From Zancudomyces culisetae HAW-14-8 (lineage: Eukaryota; Fungi; Kickxellomycota), in NCBI GenBank assembly GCA_052426225.1, contig JBNJNM010000016.1, forward strand, positions 1 to 64,000: a stretch of 64,000 bases of DNA, written 5' to 3'. Positions 1-10,583 of this stretch are shown here, piece after piece. Numbering within the stretch: position 1 is the first letter of the stretch; the number at the start of each line of letters is the position of its first letter. Both the position numbers and the translations under genes were made by a program. Below the pieces are notes generated by a model. The model did not search any database, was not told the origin of the DNA, and saw only the letters and a program-made list of their open reading frames with translations.

Positions 1-60
1 ATCCATGATGCGGAGATGGAGGAAGACCCTCCTTCATCTCCGATAAATGTAATGGATTAA
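1..60 (+). CDS. Probable 3' end of retrotransposon ORF1 (partial)
   Basis: Frame 1 is open from base 1 (IHDAEMEEDPPSSPINVMD*); frames 2 and 3 contain earlier stops; lies directly upstream of ORF2. Confidence 0.55.
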   Translation: MHDAEMEEDPPSSPINVMD

Positions 61-175
61 CATCCTATTCAAGTAACAGAAATACATAAGTACAACAATA
101 ACAACAACAACAACACAAACAAAAATAACAACAAATATCATAACTGATAAACTACTGGTACTCAACATACCAGAA

Positions 176-3100
176 TTGTCTCAGAAAACTGTAAAATATT
201 TTTTTTCGTTCATCACAAAAATCGAAAAAAAAAATTTACACGTTAAAAAAATCAAACAGAAAAATAAATCTTACCGCTTCGAAATCCAAAAAATCGACGG
301 CTCCATGATTCGCATTACCGACCTAAATAAATTGAAGTTGGAAAAAAAATTAAAGTGTATACTAAAAGTTGAAGAAAATAAAAATGAAAGAGAGAAAAAT
401 TTAAAAAACAAAAAAACAAAAAATTTATACCAAAAAAAAATTGAAAAAAAAAATGAAAAAATTAACCTAAAAATAATGACATACAACGTATGCTCAATAA
501 AAAATAAAAAATATGAATTAGATTATTTTTTAACCAAAGTAAATCCAACCATACTATGCTTGCAGGAGACCCACCTGCAGGAGAAGTCTGGGAGGATGAA
601 CATAAATGGCTACACATGTGTAGAGTCAAAAAGGCCGACACTAAAGACGGGTTCTGGTCTTCTAGTGGGGGTAAAAAAAAATATTGGCTGGCACATAGAG
701 GAGTATAAAAATAATAATACCTGGATGGCCGCAAAAATACATGGATATACAGAAAAGGAGCATAAAAGACTGGAAGTGATGGTTGTGAATGTACACACAC
801 CACACAAGCCCAGAGAAAGGACACAGATGAAGAAGGAAGTAGAAGACTTTATAAACAAAGAATACGGTAGAAACAGAGAAATAAAAATAATACTATGCGG
901 AGACTTCAACATGAGGACGAGCATCGTCACACCATGGTTGAAAAAACTCAGGTGTATAGTCAGGAGAGCCCCGACAAGGAAACGAAGCGGAACTAGGATA
1001 ACAAAAAAGCGACTGAAGAACACCATCGATCACATCTTTTATACCCCCACAGTAGGACAATTCGTGACAACAAAACTACACAAAAAAATTGACCTCAGTG
1101 ATCATCTGGCTATTACAGCCAACTTTACCATTGAGGAAATTAAACCAGAGCAGCAAAAAAAAATTGTCAACCGGAAACTATTGGACCAAAAATCAGAACT
1201 GTTCAGAACTCACAATAAATTTTCAATTTTGACATCTCTTAACGAAACTGACGAACTAATCAGTGAAACCGTTAATGAGACTAAAAAATTGATGGATAAG
1301 ATTACAAGAAAAAATAATCCAAACCCAAAAAATAATGAGAAATTGGCCGAAAAAAATTCCGAAGCCAAAAAAAATCAACATTTTTTAAGTAAAAAAACGC
1401 GAAAGATGATCAAACTTCGTTGCAAATTGTTCAAAAAAATGCTCAGAACTTGTGATGAACACGAGAAAGAGCTGTTTTATAATGATTACGTCCAGATGAA
1501 ATCTAAAACTTCAAAGCTAATAAAAAGTGACCAAAAATTACATAATAAAAAGGAGTTAGTGAAACTATGTGAACACATCAAAGGCAATGATGCCAAGACG
1601 ATGTGGAGATGGTTAAAAATGAGAGCTCTAAATAAAAAATCTGTGTTTAATAACGGAGGAGTCCTGGATGAATCAGGAAGGGAGATAACAGAGGAGGCAG
1701 AAAAACTCAAAGTATGGATAAAACATTTCTACAAGCTATCGAAGAATGAAAACTCAGCATTAAACACAATCCCAGAAGAAAGAGAGGAGGAAGTGGACTA
1801 CTTCAGAGAATGCGACGAAGAACCAACATGGACAGAAGTTAAAGAAGCGCTAAAAGAAACTCCGAGAAACAAAGCAGCGGGTGAAGATGGCATTCCGAGC
1901 GAAATCTGGAAATTTATACAGAGCGATGAAGATCCAGAATCGGAACTTGCAGTACTTTTATTAACCATAATTAAAAAATTCTGGAATAATCCAAAGTTAA
2001 ACAGTGAAAACAATACCAGCGTAATCGTTCCTATTTTCAAAAAAGGAAACACTAAAGACCCAAACAATTATAGGGGGATTTCGCTAATCCCAACCATAAC
2101 CAAACTTATAGCCAAAATAGTCGCTAATAAATTAAGATTAATAGATAATAGACATATATTATTAGCAAAAGAGCAAGCGGGATTCAGGACACTGGAGGAA
2201 TGCGTAGCTCAAGCCACAGCGCTATACGAAATTATAAAAAGGCGAAAAATCAATAATACAAAAACCATAATTTGTTTTATTGATTTTGAAAAAGCCTACG
2301 ACAAAGTGCAACACAATTTATTATTCAAAAAATTAAAAATGAACAAAATTAATGGTAAATTACTGGCAGTAATTAAAGAACTCTATAATAACGCAAAAAT
2401 AAAAGTAAGGGTAGGAAATGGATTATCGGAGGCGATGAACTTCGAAAGAGGTGTTCGCCAAGGATGCCCAGCCTCACCAATGCTTTTTGATATTTTTATC
2501 AACGATATATTTGAAGGAATGGAGGGAATAGAAGTACCAGGAATTCAAGAAAAAATTCCGGGACTACTATTTGCAGACGATACAGTTTTATTGTCAGACA
2601 CCCCAGAACAGATGCAAGAAGCTCTTAACATGATGCAGCAATGGTGTCAGAAGTGGGACATGAAGGTGAATGCTAGCAAGAGTGCGATTATGACAGTTGA
2701 AGCAGTGAATAGAACAAGCGACGAAAATAACAATAATATTGAAATTACGATTCCAGAATACTTTTTGGGAAGTGCAAAAGTACCAGAAGTAGATGAATAT
2801 AAATACTTGGGTGTTATATTCAATAAATATTGGAATAACAAGCTACACATACAGGAGAGGAAAGAAAAAGTACAAAGAGCAACCATGAGCAACTACTATC
2901 TACTCAAAGACAGAAATACACCGCTGTTGATGAAAAAGATGGTAATTAGGTCGATAGTCATTGCGGTCGCTGGGTATGGAGGTGAAATGTTCGGCATGTC
3001 TGAAGCAAGGGTAAAACCGATACAGCAAGCCGTGGACAACGCGATAAGAATAGCCATGGGAGTGGGCAGATCGACATGTATGAGGAGATTGCGAGAAGAA

Positions 3101-3922
3101 TTAAATATAACAGATATTTACAGTAGAACGACCAGAGCTAGAGACAGAGCATTCCACAAATGGAGTGGCATGAAAACATGGATAGCAGATTTAATACAGA
3201 ACCCCTTCAAACACTCGAAGGACACTTGGGTCACAGGGTACACAAGGTGGTCTAACAGATTCAACAGGATCAAGATTGATAATGTACCAACCGGAGAGAT
3301 AAGAAAAACCAAAGAGACACTCGAGATAAACAACAGACTGAAAGACAAGTCGAATATTACAAAGTGGATAAAGGAAGTTGGAGCAGGCCGACAAAGGAAC
3401 TGGGTCGACTTACAAGCGGCCTTTCCACAGTACATGAAACACATTCTTTTCGTAGGTCGAATTCGAATAGGCCAATTTTGGACCGCCACGAGATTAGCAA
3501 ATTCGGGGTTTATAGATCCAGATTACAAAGCCAAATGTCCGTTCTGTAAGAAAGAAGAAAAAGAAACAGTTGAACATTACCTATTAGATTGCAGCAGATG
3601 GGACGAAATTAGGAATGATTTACTTACCGAATTTATAGATTTTTATAGTTCTTTTTTATCTAGCACGATTTCCGAGTGTGTTGAGCTTCGCAGGAAAATC
3701 GTGGGTAAACTCCTGGGGGAGGAGTTAAAGCTCAAACTACCTGGGATTCTTCGGGATCCAAACGCCACTTGCGTTAGAGCAGTGGTTTCCACAGCCCGGT
3801 TTCTTAACGAGACCTTTTTACCTCGCTACCTAGTGTTGAAAGACATTAGTGTAGTCCCACTCCCCTTGAACCAATGCCCATCGGGTACGGAGACTCTAGA
3901 GAGTCGAAGGGGGATAGGATGA
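176..3922 (+). CDS. LINE ORF2: apurinic endonuclease + reverse transcriptase + C-terminal CCHC knuckle
   Basis: APE motifs TYNV, LCLQET, GDFN, IDHI, SDH. RT motifs YRGISL, QAGFR, FIDFEKAYDKV, GVRQGCPASPMLF, LFADD, YKYLG. Knuckle CPFC-x8-H-x4-C. Frame is open from 77; first ATG is at 305, so the true start is uncertain. Confidence 0.95.
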   Translation: MSQKTVKYFFSFITKIEKKNLHVKKIKQKNKSYRFEIQKIDGSMIRITDLNKLKLEKKLKCILKVEENKNEREKNLKNKKTKNLYQKKIEKKNEKINLKIMTYNVCSIKNKKYELDYFLTKVNPTILCLQETHLQEKSGRMNINGYTCVESKRPTLKTGSGLLVGVKKNIGWHIEEYKNNNTWMAAKIHGYTEKEHKRLEVMVVNVHTPHKPRERTQMKKEVEDFINKEYGRNREIKIILCGDFNMRTSIVTPWLKKLRCIVRRAPTRKRSGTRITKKRLKNTIDHIFYTPTVGQFVTTKLHKKIDLSDHLAITANFTIEEIKPEQQKKIVNRKLLDQKSELFRTHNKFSILTSLNETDELISETVNETKKLMDKITRKNNPNPKNNEKLAEKNSEAKKNQHFLSKKTRKMIKLRCKLFKKMLRTCDEHEKELFYNDYVQMKSKTSKLIKSDQKLHNKKELVKLCEHIKGNDAKTMWRWLKMRALNKKSVFNNGGVLDESGREITEEAEKLKVWIKHFYKLSKNENSALNTIPEEREEEVDYFRECDEEPTWTEVKEALKETPRNKAAGEDGIPSEIWKFIQSDEDPESELAVLLLTIIKKFWNNPKLNSENNTSVIVPIFKKGNTKDPNNYRGISLIPTITKLIAKIVANKLRLIDNRHILLAKEQAGFRTLEECVAQATALYEIIKRRKINNTKTIICFIDFEKAYDKVQHNLLFKKLKMNKINGKLLAVIKELYNNAKIKVRVGNGLSEAMNFERGVRQGCPASPMLFDIFINDIFEGMEGIEVPGIQEKIPGLLFADDTVLLSDTPEQMQEALNMMQQWCQKWDMKVNASKSAIMTVEAVNRTSDENNNNIEITIPEYFLGSAKVPEVDEYKYLGVIFNKYWNNKLHIQERKEKVQRATMSNYYLLKDRNTPLLMKKMVIRSIVIAVAGYGGEMFGMSEARVKPIQQAVDNAIRIAMGVGRSTCMRRLREELNITDIYSRTTRARDRAFHKWSGMKTWIADLIQNPFKHSKDTWVTGYTRWSNRFNRIKIDNVPTGEIRKTKETLEINNRLKDKSNITKWIKEVGAGRQRNWVDLQAAFPQYMKHILFVGRIRIGQFWTATRLANSGFIDPDYKAKCPFCKKEEKETVEHYLLDCSRWDEIRNDLLTEFIDFYSSFLSSTISECVELRRKIVGKLLGEELKLKLPGILRDPNATCVRAVVSTARFLNETFLPRYLVLKDISVVPLPLNQCPSGTETLESRRGIG

Positions 3923-4140
3923 GTTTAGATTATAGATTGTTTTTAATTGTTTATAGGAACTGTTTATTTTCTAAATAAATTTTTTTTTCTACCGAAAAAA
4001 AAAAAAAATGAACACACCCCCTCCTCTTGGAATCCTGGTATATCCCAGATATATAAACCATTCCTATCCTCAAGTTGCAAAACACATTTGTATAATTCGC
4101 ATTTATTTTTTTCACTGAGCGGAAACGAGATAATATAAAC

Positions 4141-5196
4141 ATGATTAAAGCCTGGGCTTGTAATGAACCAAAAGGGAAATTGGCGGAGTGGAGCTATAAA
4201 CCAAGAGAACTCGGTTCGCAAGACGTTGAGATAAAAATTGATTGTTGTGGAATATGTGGGTCTGACGTCCATTACCTTGACGGAGACTGGGGAAACAGCA
4301 AGTACCCCGCAGTGGTTGGCCACGAAATCATAGGACAGGTTGTTTCCAAAGGTGCAGAAGTCACTCACCTTTCGCTCGGAGATAGAGTTGGTGTAGGGGC
4401 GCAGGTCTTTTCTTGCATGGAACCCGATTGCATATCCTGCTCAAGAGATCTGCACCCACACTGCAAAAAGCAAGTTCTTACCTATGGCGGCAAATACGCT
4501 GACGGGGAACAATCGCGTGGTGGGTATGCTGAGGCTGTAAGAGTGAATGCACATTTTGCCTTTAAGATCCCGGAGAAGCTGAGTTCCGCTGAAGCCGCAC
4601 CACTGATGTGTGCTGGTACAACTGTTTTTACACCAATGATCAGGTTTGGATTGAAAAAGGGTGATCGTGTGGGTGTTGTAGGAATAGGCGGGTTGGGCCA
4701 TTTGGCTTTGCAATTTGCGAACGCTCTTGGATGCGAAGTGACTGCGTTCTCTCATTCACCAAACAAGAAAGAGGAGTGCCTGAAGCTCGGTGCTAACAAA
4801 GTTGTCATTACCACCGATGAGGAAGAAGTTAGAAAGTGTGCAAGATCATTGGATTATCTATTTATTACCTCCAACGCAAAGACGAGCGATTTCTCTGCAT
4901 ACTTCACATGGGTAGACTTTGGAGGGAAAATCTGTCTCTTGGCGGCACCTGCATCAAAGCTAGAATTCAGTCCAGCATTGTTTATTCATAATGAGGTGTA
5001 CATTGGTGGTTCGGCGATTGGTGGGATAGAGACCATCAAAGAAACGCTGGATTTTGCTGCAAAGAATAATGTCCGCCCAATTATCGAAAGACTTCCCATG
5101 AGCAGGTGTAACGAGGGGGTTGAAAGAGTAAGGGATGGAAAGGTTAGATACAGAGTTGTTCTTGAGAACCGACCTATAACTTCATCAATGCTTTAA
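4141..5196 (+). CDS. Zn-dependent medium-chain alcohol dehydrogenase (NADP-type, CAD/Adh6 family)
   Basis: CGICGSDVH, GHEIIG, structural-Zn Cys cluster, APLMCAG, GIGGLG, GKVRYRVVL. Confidence 0.93.
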   Translation: MIKAWACNEPKGKLAEWSYKPRELGSQDVEIKIDCCGICGSDVHYLDGDWGNSKYPAVVGHEIIGQVVSKGAEVTHLSLGDRVGVGAQVFSCMEPDCISCSRDLHPHCKKQVLTYGGKYADGEQSRGGYAEAVRVNAHFAFKIPEKLSSAEAAPLMCAGTTVFTPMIRFGLKKGDRVGVVGIGGLGHLALQFANALGCEVTAFSHSPNKKEECLKLGANKVVITTDEEEVRKCARSLDYLFITSNAKTSDFSAYFTWVDFGGKICLLAAPASKLEFSPALFIHNEVYIGGSAIGGIETIKETLDFAAKNNVRPIIERLPMSRCNEGVERVRDGKVRYRVVLENRPITSSML

Positions 5197-5451
5197 TATT
5201 GTGGGCTTTTGTGTTGGTATATAGTTTTTGGGCATGCTTTTATGAAATTTTTTTTTCCGGTAGTATTTGAATTTTACAAATTAAAAGCCGAGGTAGTCAA
5301 TCAATTATAAAAAGCAGCATATCTGAGTGTTTTTTTTGTCTTGTCGTCCAAGTTGAGCTAGAGTGTAGTCGTTAATGTACCAGCCGTATTTCTTGGAGCA
5401 GTGAAACCACCAACAAGCATTTCAATAAAAAAAAGGCAAGGGGTTATGAGT

Positions 5452-6040
5452 TTAAATGTAATTGCCAAGGCCATGCTCAAGAAATGACCAATTGTAGCTT
5501 TCGGCGTAGCCATGTATATCAACCAAGTGCCTCTTTCTCTCCTCAATTGTGTTAAACGCCATGGCGCACTCTGGGACCATGCATTTGTACTATTTTAGAA
5601 GCAGTAATTCAAAATATCTTTATCTACCAATTTCTACACTAACTTCCATTCAAATGTATATAACATATGGTAATTAGAAGAAATACCATATTCAGTCCCT
5701 TGGCTACACAGGCAGCGAAATAAGAGTCATGAAATTCAGAAATGTGCAAATCGAGCAAATGGGGACTCGAAAAAATGGCATCGCATGAGCTACATTCAAA
5801 ACGATGAACCAAATCGTAGTGAGCCTCATAAGATTTCAGGGTTCTAAAGGGTTCTAGATTATCGCATGATGGCAGAGAGCATTTTATGCTAAATTCATAT
5901 CCTTCACGGTTTCTATGTTCATACAAAGTGTAGAATGTTATCACTGTTGCCGCTCAAACAGCCTAATTTACAATCCTACTCAATTACCCTGTATGGGTGT
6001 CGTCCTGAAGCATAGTATTATCGGCTTTTCTCTTTCGCAT
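5452..6040 (-). CDS. Small C2H2 zinc-finger protein (ZNF511-like), 3 exons, ~138 aa
   Basis: Predicted exons 6040-5988, 5912-5687, 5589-5452 with phase-compatible GT..AG introns. Three fingers: CSLPSC..HYDLVH, CSSC..HISEFHDSYF, CMVPEC..HLVDIH. Confidence 0.75.
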
Positions 6041-6540
6041 GTTAGATTCGTAATTCGATGGATCGGCAAGTATGAATTTAAAAGGGATCTTGTATTTAAT
6101 TATTGTTCTTTATAAACTCGATTTATCGGTTTACAAAGTACAAAAAATAAACAAATAAACAATTAGTAAATTAAAAAGCGATCATAGTTTGGTTAAAAAG
6201 TGAGATTTTTGTGAGAAAACTAGATTACACATAACATCAAAACATGCAGCTAAAAACTATCTTCCTCAAAAATCAGTTGATGGATTGGTTGAGTGGTGCT
6301 ATAATGGTTGAACTCGTGACGGATGAACATACATAGTCATTCTATATACCCTGAATATATAGAAATTTGATTTTAGCGCTTGGTTTTCAATTCTCGTGTA
6401 ATAAAATAACATGTGTATATGAGTTGAAAGTTGAGTATAAAAAAATGTGATCAAAACTTAAAAAATCAAATATAGAGTTGATAATCAGGTATATAAAAAA
6501 AACACGAGGAGAGGGTAGCAAGCAAAGTGAAAAGGTGAAT

Positions 6541-9063
6541 CTATTTAGAAGGCTGGGCTGTCTCGGAATCAGAAAAATCAAACTCAGATTCAGAAGAAGA
6601 GTCCTCGTTTTGATCAGGAAGTTCCAAAGAACCACTAAATTTATACGCAGACTCGGGATTAGGACTGCCTCTTGCACCATACAGCTTGGTAAACAGATCC
6701 GCAGTATTTTTGCTAAGTGGCTGAGAAAGAGGTGACCCAGTTGATGGTCTATATAAGGGGGCGGAGTCTGTGGTAGCAATGGCCTTATTGAGAGGGCTAG
6801 AACTAGAACTCGCTAAATTAAAAACGTCTGATCGTTTAGAAGTGGGCGAAGTAGATTGAATAAAGGGCGAATCAAACCCAGAAGCTGATGGTGCATCTAA
6901 CCCAAAGATAGATTCAAATTTATCGGAGGGAACATTTTTATCAGGAATAGGAGCCGAGGATGAGGCCGCAGCCTGTGAAAGCTGTGAAGTTTGAGAGAGG
7001 TATGACGACTGTGAGTGTTGTAGGGGCTGTGATGGTCGTATAGGCTCTGTAGATGTAGTGGGTATAGTGGATGTGGTAGGCGTAGCAGACTCTGGAACTA
7101 GAGAAACACCCAGAGCACGTTGCCTTTCAAGAAGCCTTTGTTCAGCAAGTTTCTTTAAAGCTTGTGCCCTCTCCTCGGGATTTTCAATCGAGGAAAGCCG
7201 AGGTGATGATGAATTTATAGCCCTTGCAGCTGAAGTTGCAGTTATAGAGGTACGAGAATGGATGGGTGATGAGATAAATGGTGATACAGATCTATTTGCA
7301 GGAAGTAAATCCAAAAGCTTGATATTCAGCTTTCTAACGGAGGAAAGCTGATCGACCAAGGCAGAAACCTTGACATTGTCTTTTTCAGAGCCCAGCTCAA
7401 ACATGTTCCAGTTTTGGCTGTTTTCTAGTTCCAAATAGTTGGGATCTGAAAATAGCTCCTTTGACTCTTTACAGGTTTCTATTATTTTTTTTTTGAGTTC
7501 GTTAGCCTCCGCTTTAATAGCCTCAATTCGAGACACGTGCTTCTTCAATACGCTTGAATTGAGCGGTGTTGCTCTGCCCTGGTTTTCAAACGGGCTTGGT
7601 GCTTCGGATAAGGAGCCCATCTCAAAAGTCTGGCCAGTCAATTCCTTCATTCGCTCAAATAACATTGCCGTTGCACGTGAAGTCCTGTCAAGTTCGTTTG
7701 TGCTCGCCACTTCCTTCGGCTTTTTTGCCTCACTTCTCAGCTTTTGAGTTAGCAGATCAACCTTTGAGCTGTATGTACTCAAATCTCTGCTCAGTTCCGC
7801 ATACTTAAGCAAAAGCTTTACCAGAGCCTGCGCCTCCTTAACCGCAAGCCTTTCTGCTACACTTAGACTACGTCCGTTGAGTTCAATATCGCCCCTGTCC
7901 AGGTCTTGCTCGGCGAATGCAACCAGATCGTGGGTGATAGTATGCTCTTTTTTAATTTCTCGTCCATACCATTGCTCATCTTTTGTTTCAGCTGCTGGTG
8001 ATGCCTTGTAGCTTTTCGTTGGATTCACATCGGTCCGTACTTTGGTGTCGTATCCACTAGTACTGGTAATAACATTAGCGGCTCCCCTAAAAGACATTGT
8101 CTCTTTGTTTGTATTCGAACTCGAAATAGCTGGTGGATATTGGTTGCCGTACGATATTGGATCTTTTTTTTCGTCGGTTTTTGATTTCCCGTAAAGCACT
8201 TCACGTCGCATTTCCTCTGCTGCCACTCCAAATTCTAGTTCTGCTGGTAGTGTTTTGGGTATTTCCTTTCCTGCTTTTCTTTCCTCAATGATTTTAAACG
8301 CCAAAACGAATTCCTCTTTATTCAACTTTCCTTTTTTCTTACTATCAACCAACTCCCAAATCTGTGACAAATCTTCTGGTTGAAGCCCGGTTTGCAGAAA
8401 AATATCTCGCAACTCAACTCCATCTATTTCTCCTTTGTTTTGATAATCAAGACCTGTGAATATCTGTTCGTACTTTCTTCTTTCTCTCTCGGAAAGGTCC
8501 CACTTGTTTGAAAATGAACCACCACGAGATTTAGTTTCCAATGTAAATACAGAATCTCCCGAGGGCTTGGATTTTAAATTTGGATTGATATCCTCAATCC
8601 CCGGAAAACGTGTAGCAAAATCATCTGTCAAGAGATTTACTTCTGTATTCACTCCTTTAGATCCCCTTAGACTGTAACTAGATGTCCTACCATATATATT
8701 CCTGCTCTCGGAGTGGGCATCGCCTGTAGTTGCACTTGCCTCTTGGACTCTTCCATCAAGCTCTAGAATCTCTTTTTTGACCGCTTCTGGTAACACGTCA
8801 GGCAGTTCAGCACCGCTCATCGCTGTTTTGGCTAAATGAAGTGCCATTGCAAACTCATTCTTGGTAAGAGCTCCATTCTGCTGTACGTCAGACAAGCTCC
8901 ATATTTTGTGTAGAGTTGAATTGGGTAATCCTGATTTTACAAGCACTTCTCTTGCTTTCAAACCAGCAACCAGATTTGAATTTGCCTCCTTACAACCATC
9001 AAATGTTTGTGAGTATACTGCATAGGCCTCCGGTGGGATAAAGCTCGGTTGTTTGCTCGACAT
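6541..9063 (-). CDS. EH-domain endocytic/actin-patch scaffold (Pan1/End3/Eps15-like)
   Basis: Two EH domains (SGLPNSTLHKIWSLSD..EFAMALHL; TGLQPEDLSQIWELVD..EFVLAF), coiled coils, S/P-rich region, acidic C-terminus. Confidence 0.85.
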   Translation of the reverse strand: MSSKQPSFIPPEAYAVYSQTFDGCKEANSNLVAGLKAREVLVKSGLPNSTLHKIWSLSDVQQNGALTKNEFAMALHLAKTAMSGAELPDVLPEAVKKEILELDGRVQEASATTGDAHSESRNIYGRTSSYSLRGSKGVNTEVNLLTDDFATRFPGIEDINPNLKSKPSGDSVFTLETKSRGGSFSNKWDLSERERRKYEQIFTGLDYQNKGEIDGVELRDIFLQTGLQPEDLSQIWELVDSKKKGKLNKEEFVLAFKIIEERKAGKEIPKTLPAELEFGVAAEEMRREVLYGKSKTDEKKDPISYGNQYPPAISSSNTNKETMSFRGAANVITSTSGYDTKVRTDVNPTKSYKASPAAETKDEQWYGREIKKEHTITHDLVAFAEQDLDRGDIELNGRSLSVAERLAVKEAQALVKLLLKYAELSRDLSTYSSKVDLLTQKLRSEAKKPKEVASTNELDRTSRATAMLFERMKELTGQTFEMGSLSEAPSPFENQGRATPLNSSVLKKHVSRIEAIKAEANELKKKIIETCKESKELFSDPNYLELENSQNWNMFELGSEKDNVKVSALVDQLSSVRKLNIKLLDLLPANRSVSPFISSPIHSRTSITATSAARAINSSSPRLSSIENPEERAQALKKLAEQRLLERQRALGVSLVPESATPTTSTIPTTSTEPIRPSQPLQHSQSSYLSQTSQLSQAAASSSAPIPDKNVPSDKFESIFGLDAPSASGFDSPFIQSTSPTSKRSDVFNLASSSSSPLNKAIATTDSAPLYRPSTGSPLSQPLSKNTADLFTKLYGARGSPNPESAYKFSGSLELPDQNEDSSSESEFDFSDSETAQPSK

Positions 9064-9076
9064 ACTGCTTGGTGCT

Positions 9077-9111
9077 TTATTCTTATTCTTATTCCTATTC
9101 TTATTCTTATT
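9077..9111. repeat. (TTATTC)n microsatellite in the 5' leader of the EH gene
   Basis: About 6 near-perfect hexamer units. Confidence 0.75.
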
Positions 9112-9541
9112 GCTTGTCTTTTCTCTTTGAAACCCTATTGTTGCTCACTTATGATATCGCTTTTAAGGCTTTCATATATAATACAAGGTGATTAGTATCA
9201 ACTTGGTGTTTAATATTTGGTGAAAATTTAAGAGGCGAAAAGAGGGGCTTCTTTTCAATGAAATGGGAATTAATACCTTATCCAAATTAGAAGCAAATAA
9301 AAGCGAGGAGAAATGGAAACATTGTGCTTTGAAATTCAGATAAAATTATTCCATTTTATGTAACATTTGCGCTCACCTCCAAAACTAACATCTAAAAAAA
9401 AAGAGTAAGGAATAATGCTAGCAGCTATTTTTCTATGTGTGGTCGTTAATTAAAAGATGGCAATTTTGGTGCCTGGCTAATTGAGCGTGTACAGAGTGAT
9501 GATTATTGTTGTTTGTTGGTGATTAAATGAAAATGCTTAAA

Positions 9542-9578
9542 ACAATAATAATAATAATAGTAATAATAGTAATAATAA
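9542..9578. repeat. (AAT/AGT)n microsatellite
   Basis: acaataataataataatagtaataatagtaataataa. Confidence 0.75.
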
Positions 9579-10583
9579 CGAACTTTCTAGGGTAATTATA
9601 AATGCTAATATTGCGTTATGAACACTTTACTTTTTTACTTATTTTTGTAGTGGTATATGGCGATAGAAAGGCCAATCATATTATCTTGGCGCTAGTAGAA
9701 ATCAAATGGCGGTATATTTTACTTATTGGCAACATATTTTTGTTATTACTTTACATGTTAAAATAAAACTCGTCAAAGGTGCAACTCATTTGATATTGAA
9801 CTCCCACCACCCTCTTCACTGAGCCCAGTATTTTGTCCATTTGTTCAACACGTGTTATTTTCTTTTCTCTTTCAAGCCATGTTAGAGAAGGATGGTTGGT
9901 GGTGAGTATTAGCAATTGCGGTCAAAATAACGATATAGCGCCACCACGCCCTCCGAACACCACTATTATCTACTACCCGTACAGGCTAACTAAGAGCTAG
10001 TTGTGATCTTTTGGTCTTTCGCTTCAAACATTAGCAGACTCAGCATCCCACTATTTGCTTTTAGTTCATTATATTTATTTCTCTTTAAATAGGATTACCT
10101 AACAGTCAAACTTGATGTATATCTAATTGGAACGCTCTTAAAACTACCCACTTAGATCAAATTCAAATTAAAAAAAATTTTTTTTTCTTGCCCCTTATTA
10201 TCTGATTTATCCAAATCGTCGTTTCGTTTAGGGGAAAATATTTGGAGGTCTTTGGAAACATGAGATAAAAAAAACTCGCTTTTAGTAGGTTTCTCCCCCC
10301 CACTTTTTGATTTTTTAATTTTTCCTCCTCCCATAAACTTGATTAACGAAGCCGAAAAAAAAATTACTCAAAATCACTTCAGATAAAGGCTGTTTTTAAG
10401 GCGCAAAAAAAAAAACAAAAGACTACTAGTTAAAGCAATAGCCAAGAACCTTTTATAACTTGTTGATCTATTTGCTTCCTGCTGAATTATCATTCAACAT
10501 TGATAGAATATAATAGATAGAACAACATTCTATACGAAACGATATACGCTTACACAATACCTAATTGCTAATTGATTGTAAAA

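Larger units (their letters stand above)
1..4008 (+). mobile_element. Non-LTR (LINE-type) retrotransposon; 5' end lies outside the window
   Basis: End of an upstream ORF (1-60), AAC-rich spacer, 3.7-kb APE-RT-zinc knuckle ORF, short 3' UTR with AATAAA (3974-3979) and A14 tail (3995-4008). Confidence 0.95.

Noticed and set aside
3855-3919. Hammerhead ribozyme reading of the LINE 3' junction
   Set aside because: No CUGANGA/GAAA core on either strand.
5945-5987. In-frame TGA upstream of the C2H2 ORF as possible selenocysteine
   Set aside because: It lies with TAA and TAG stops inside a phase-compatible 75-nt GT..AG intron (5987-5913).
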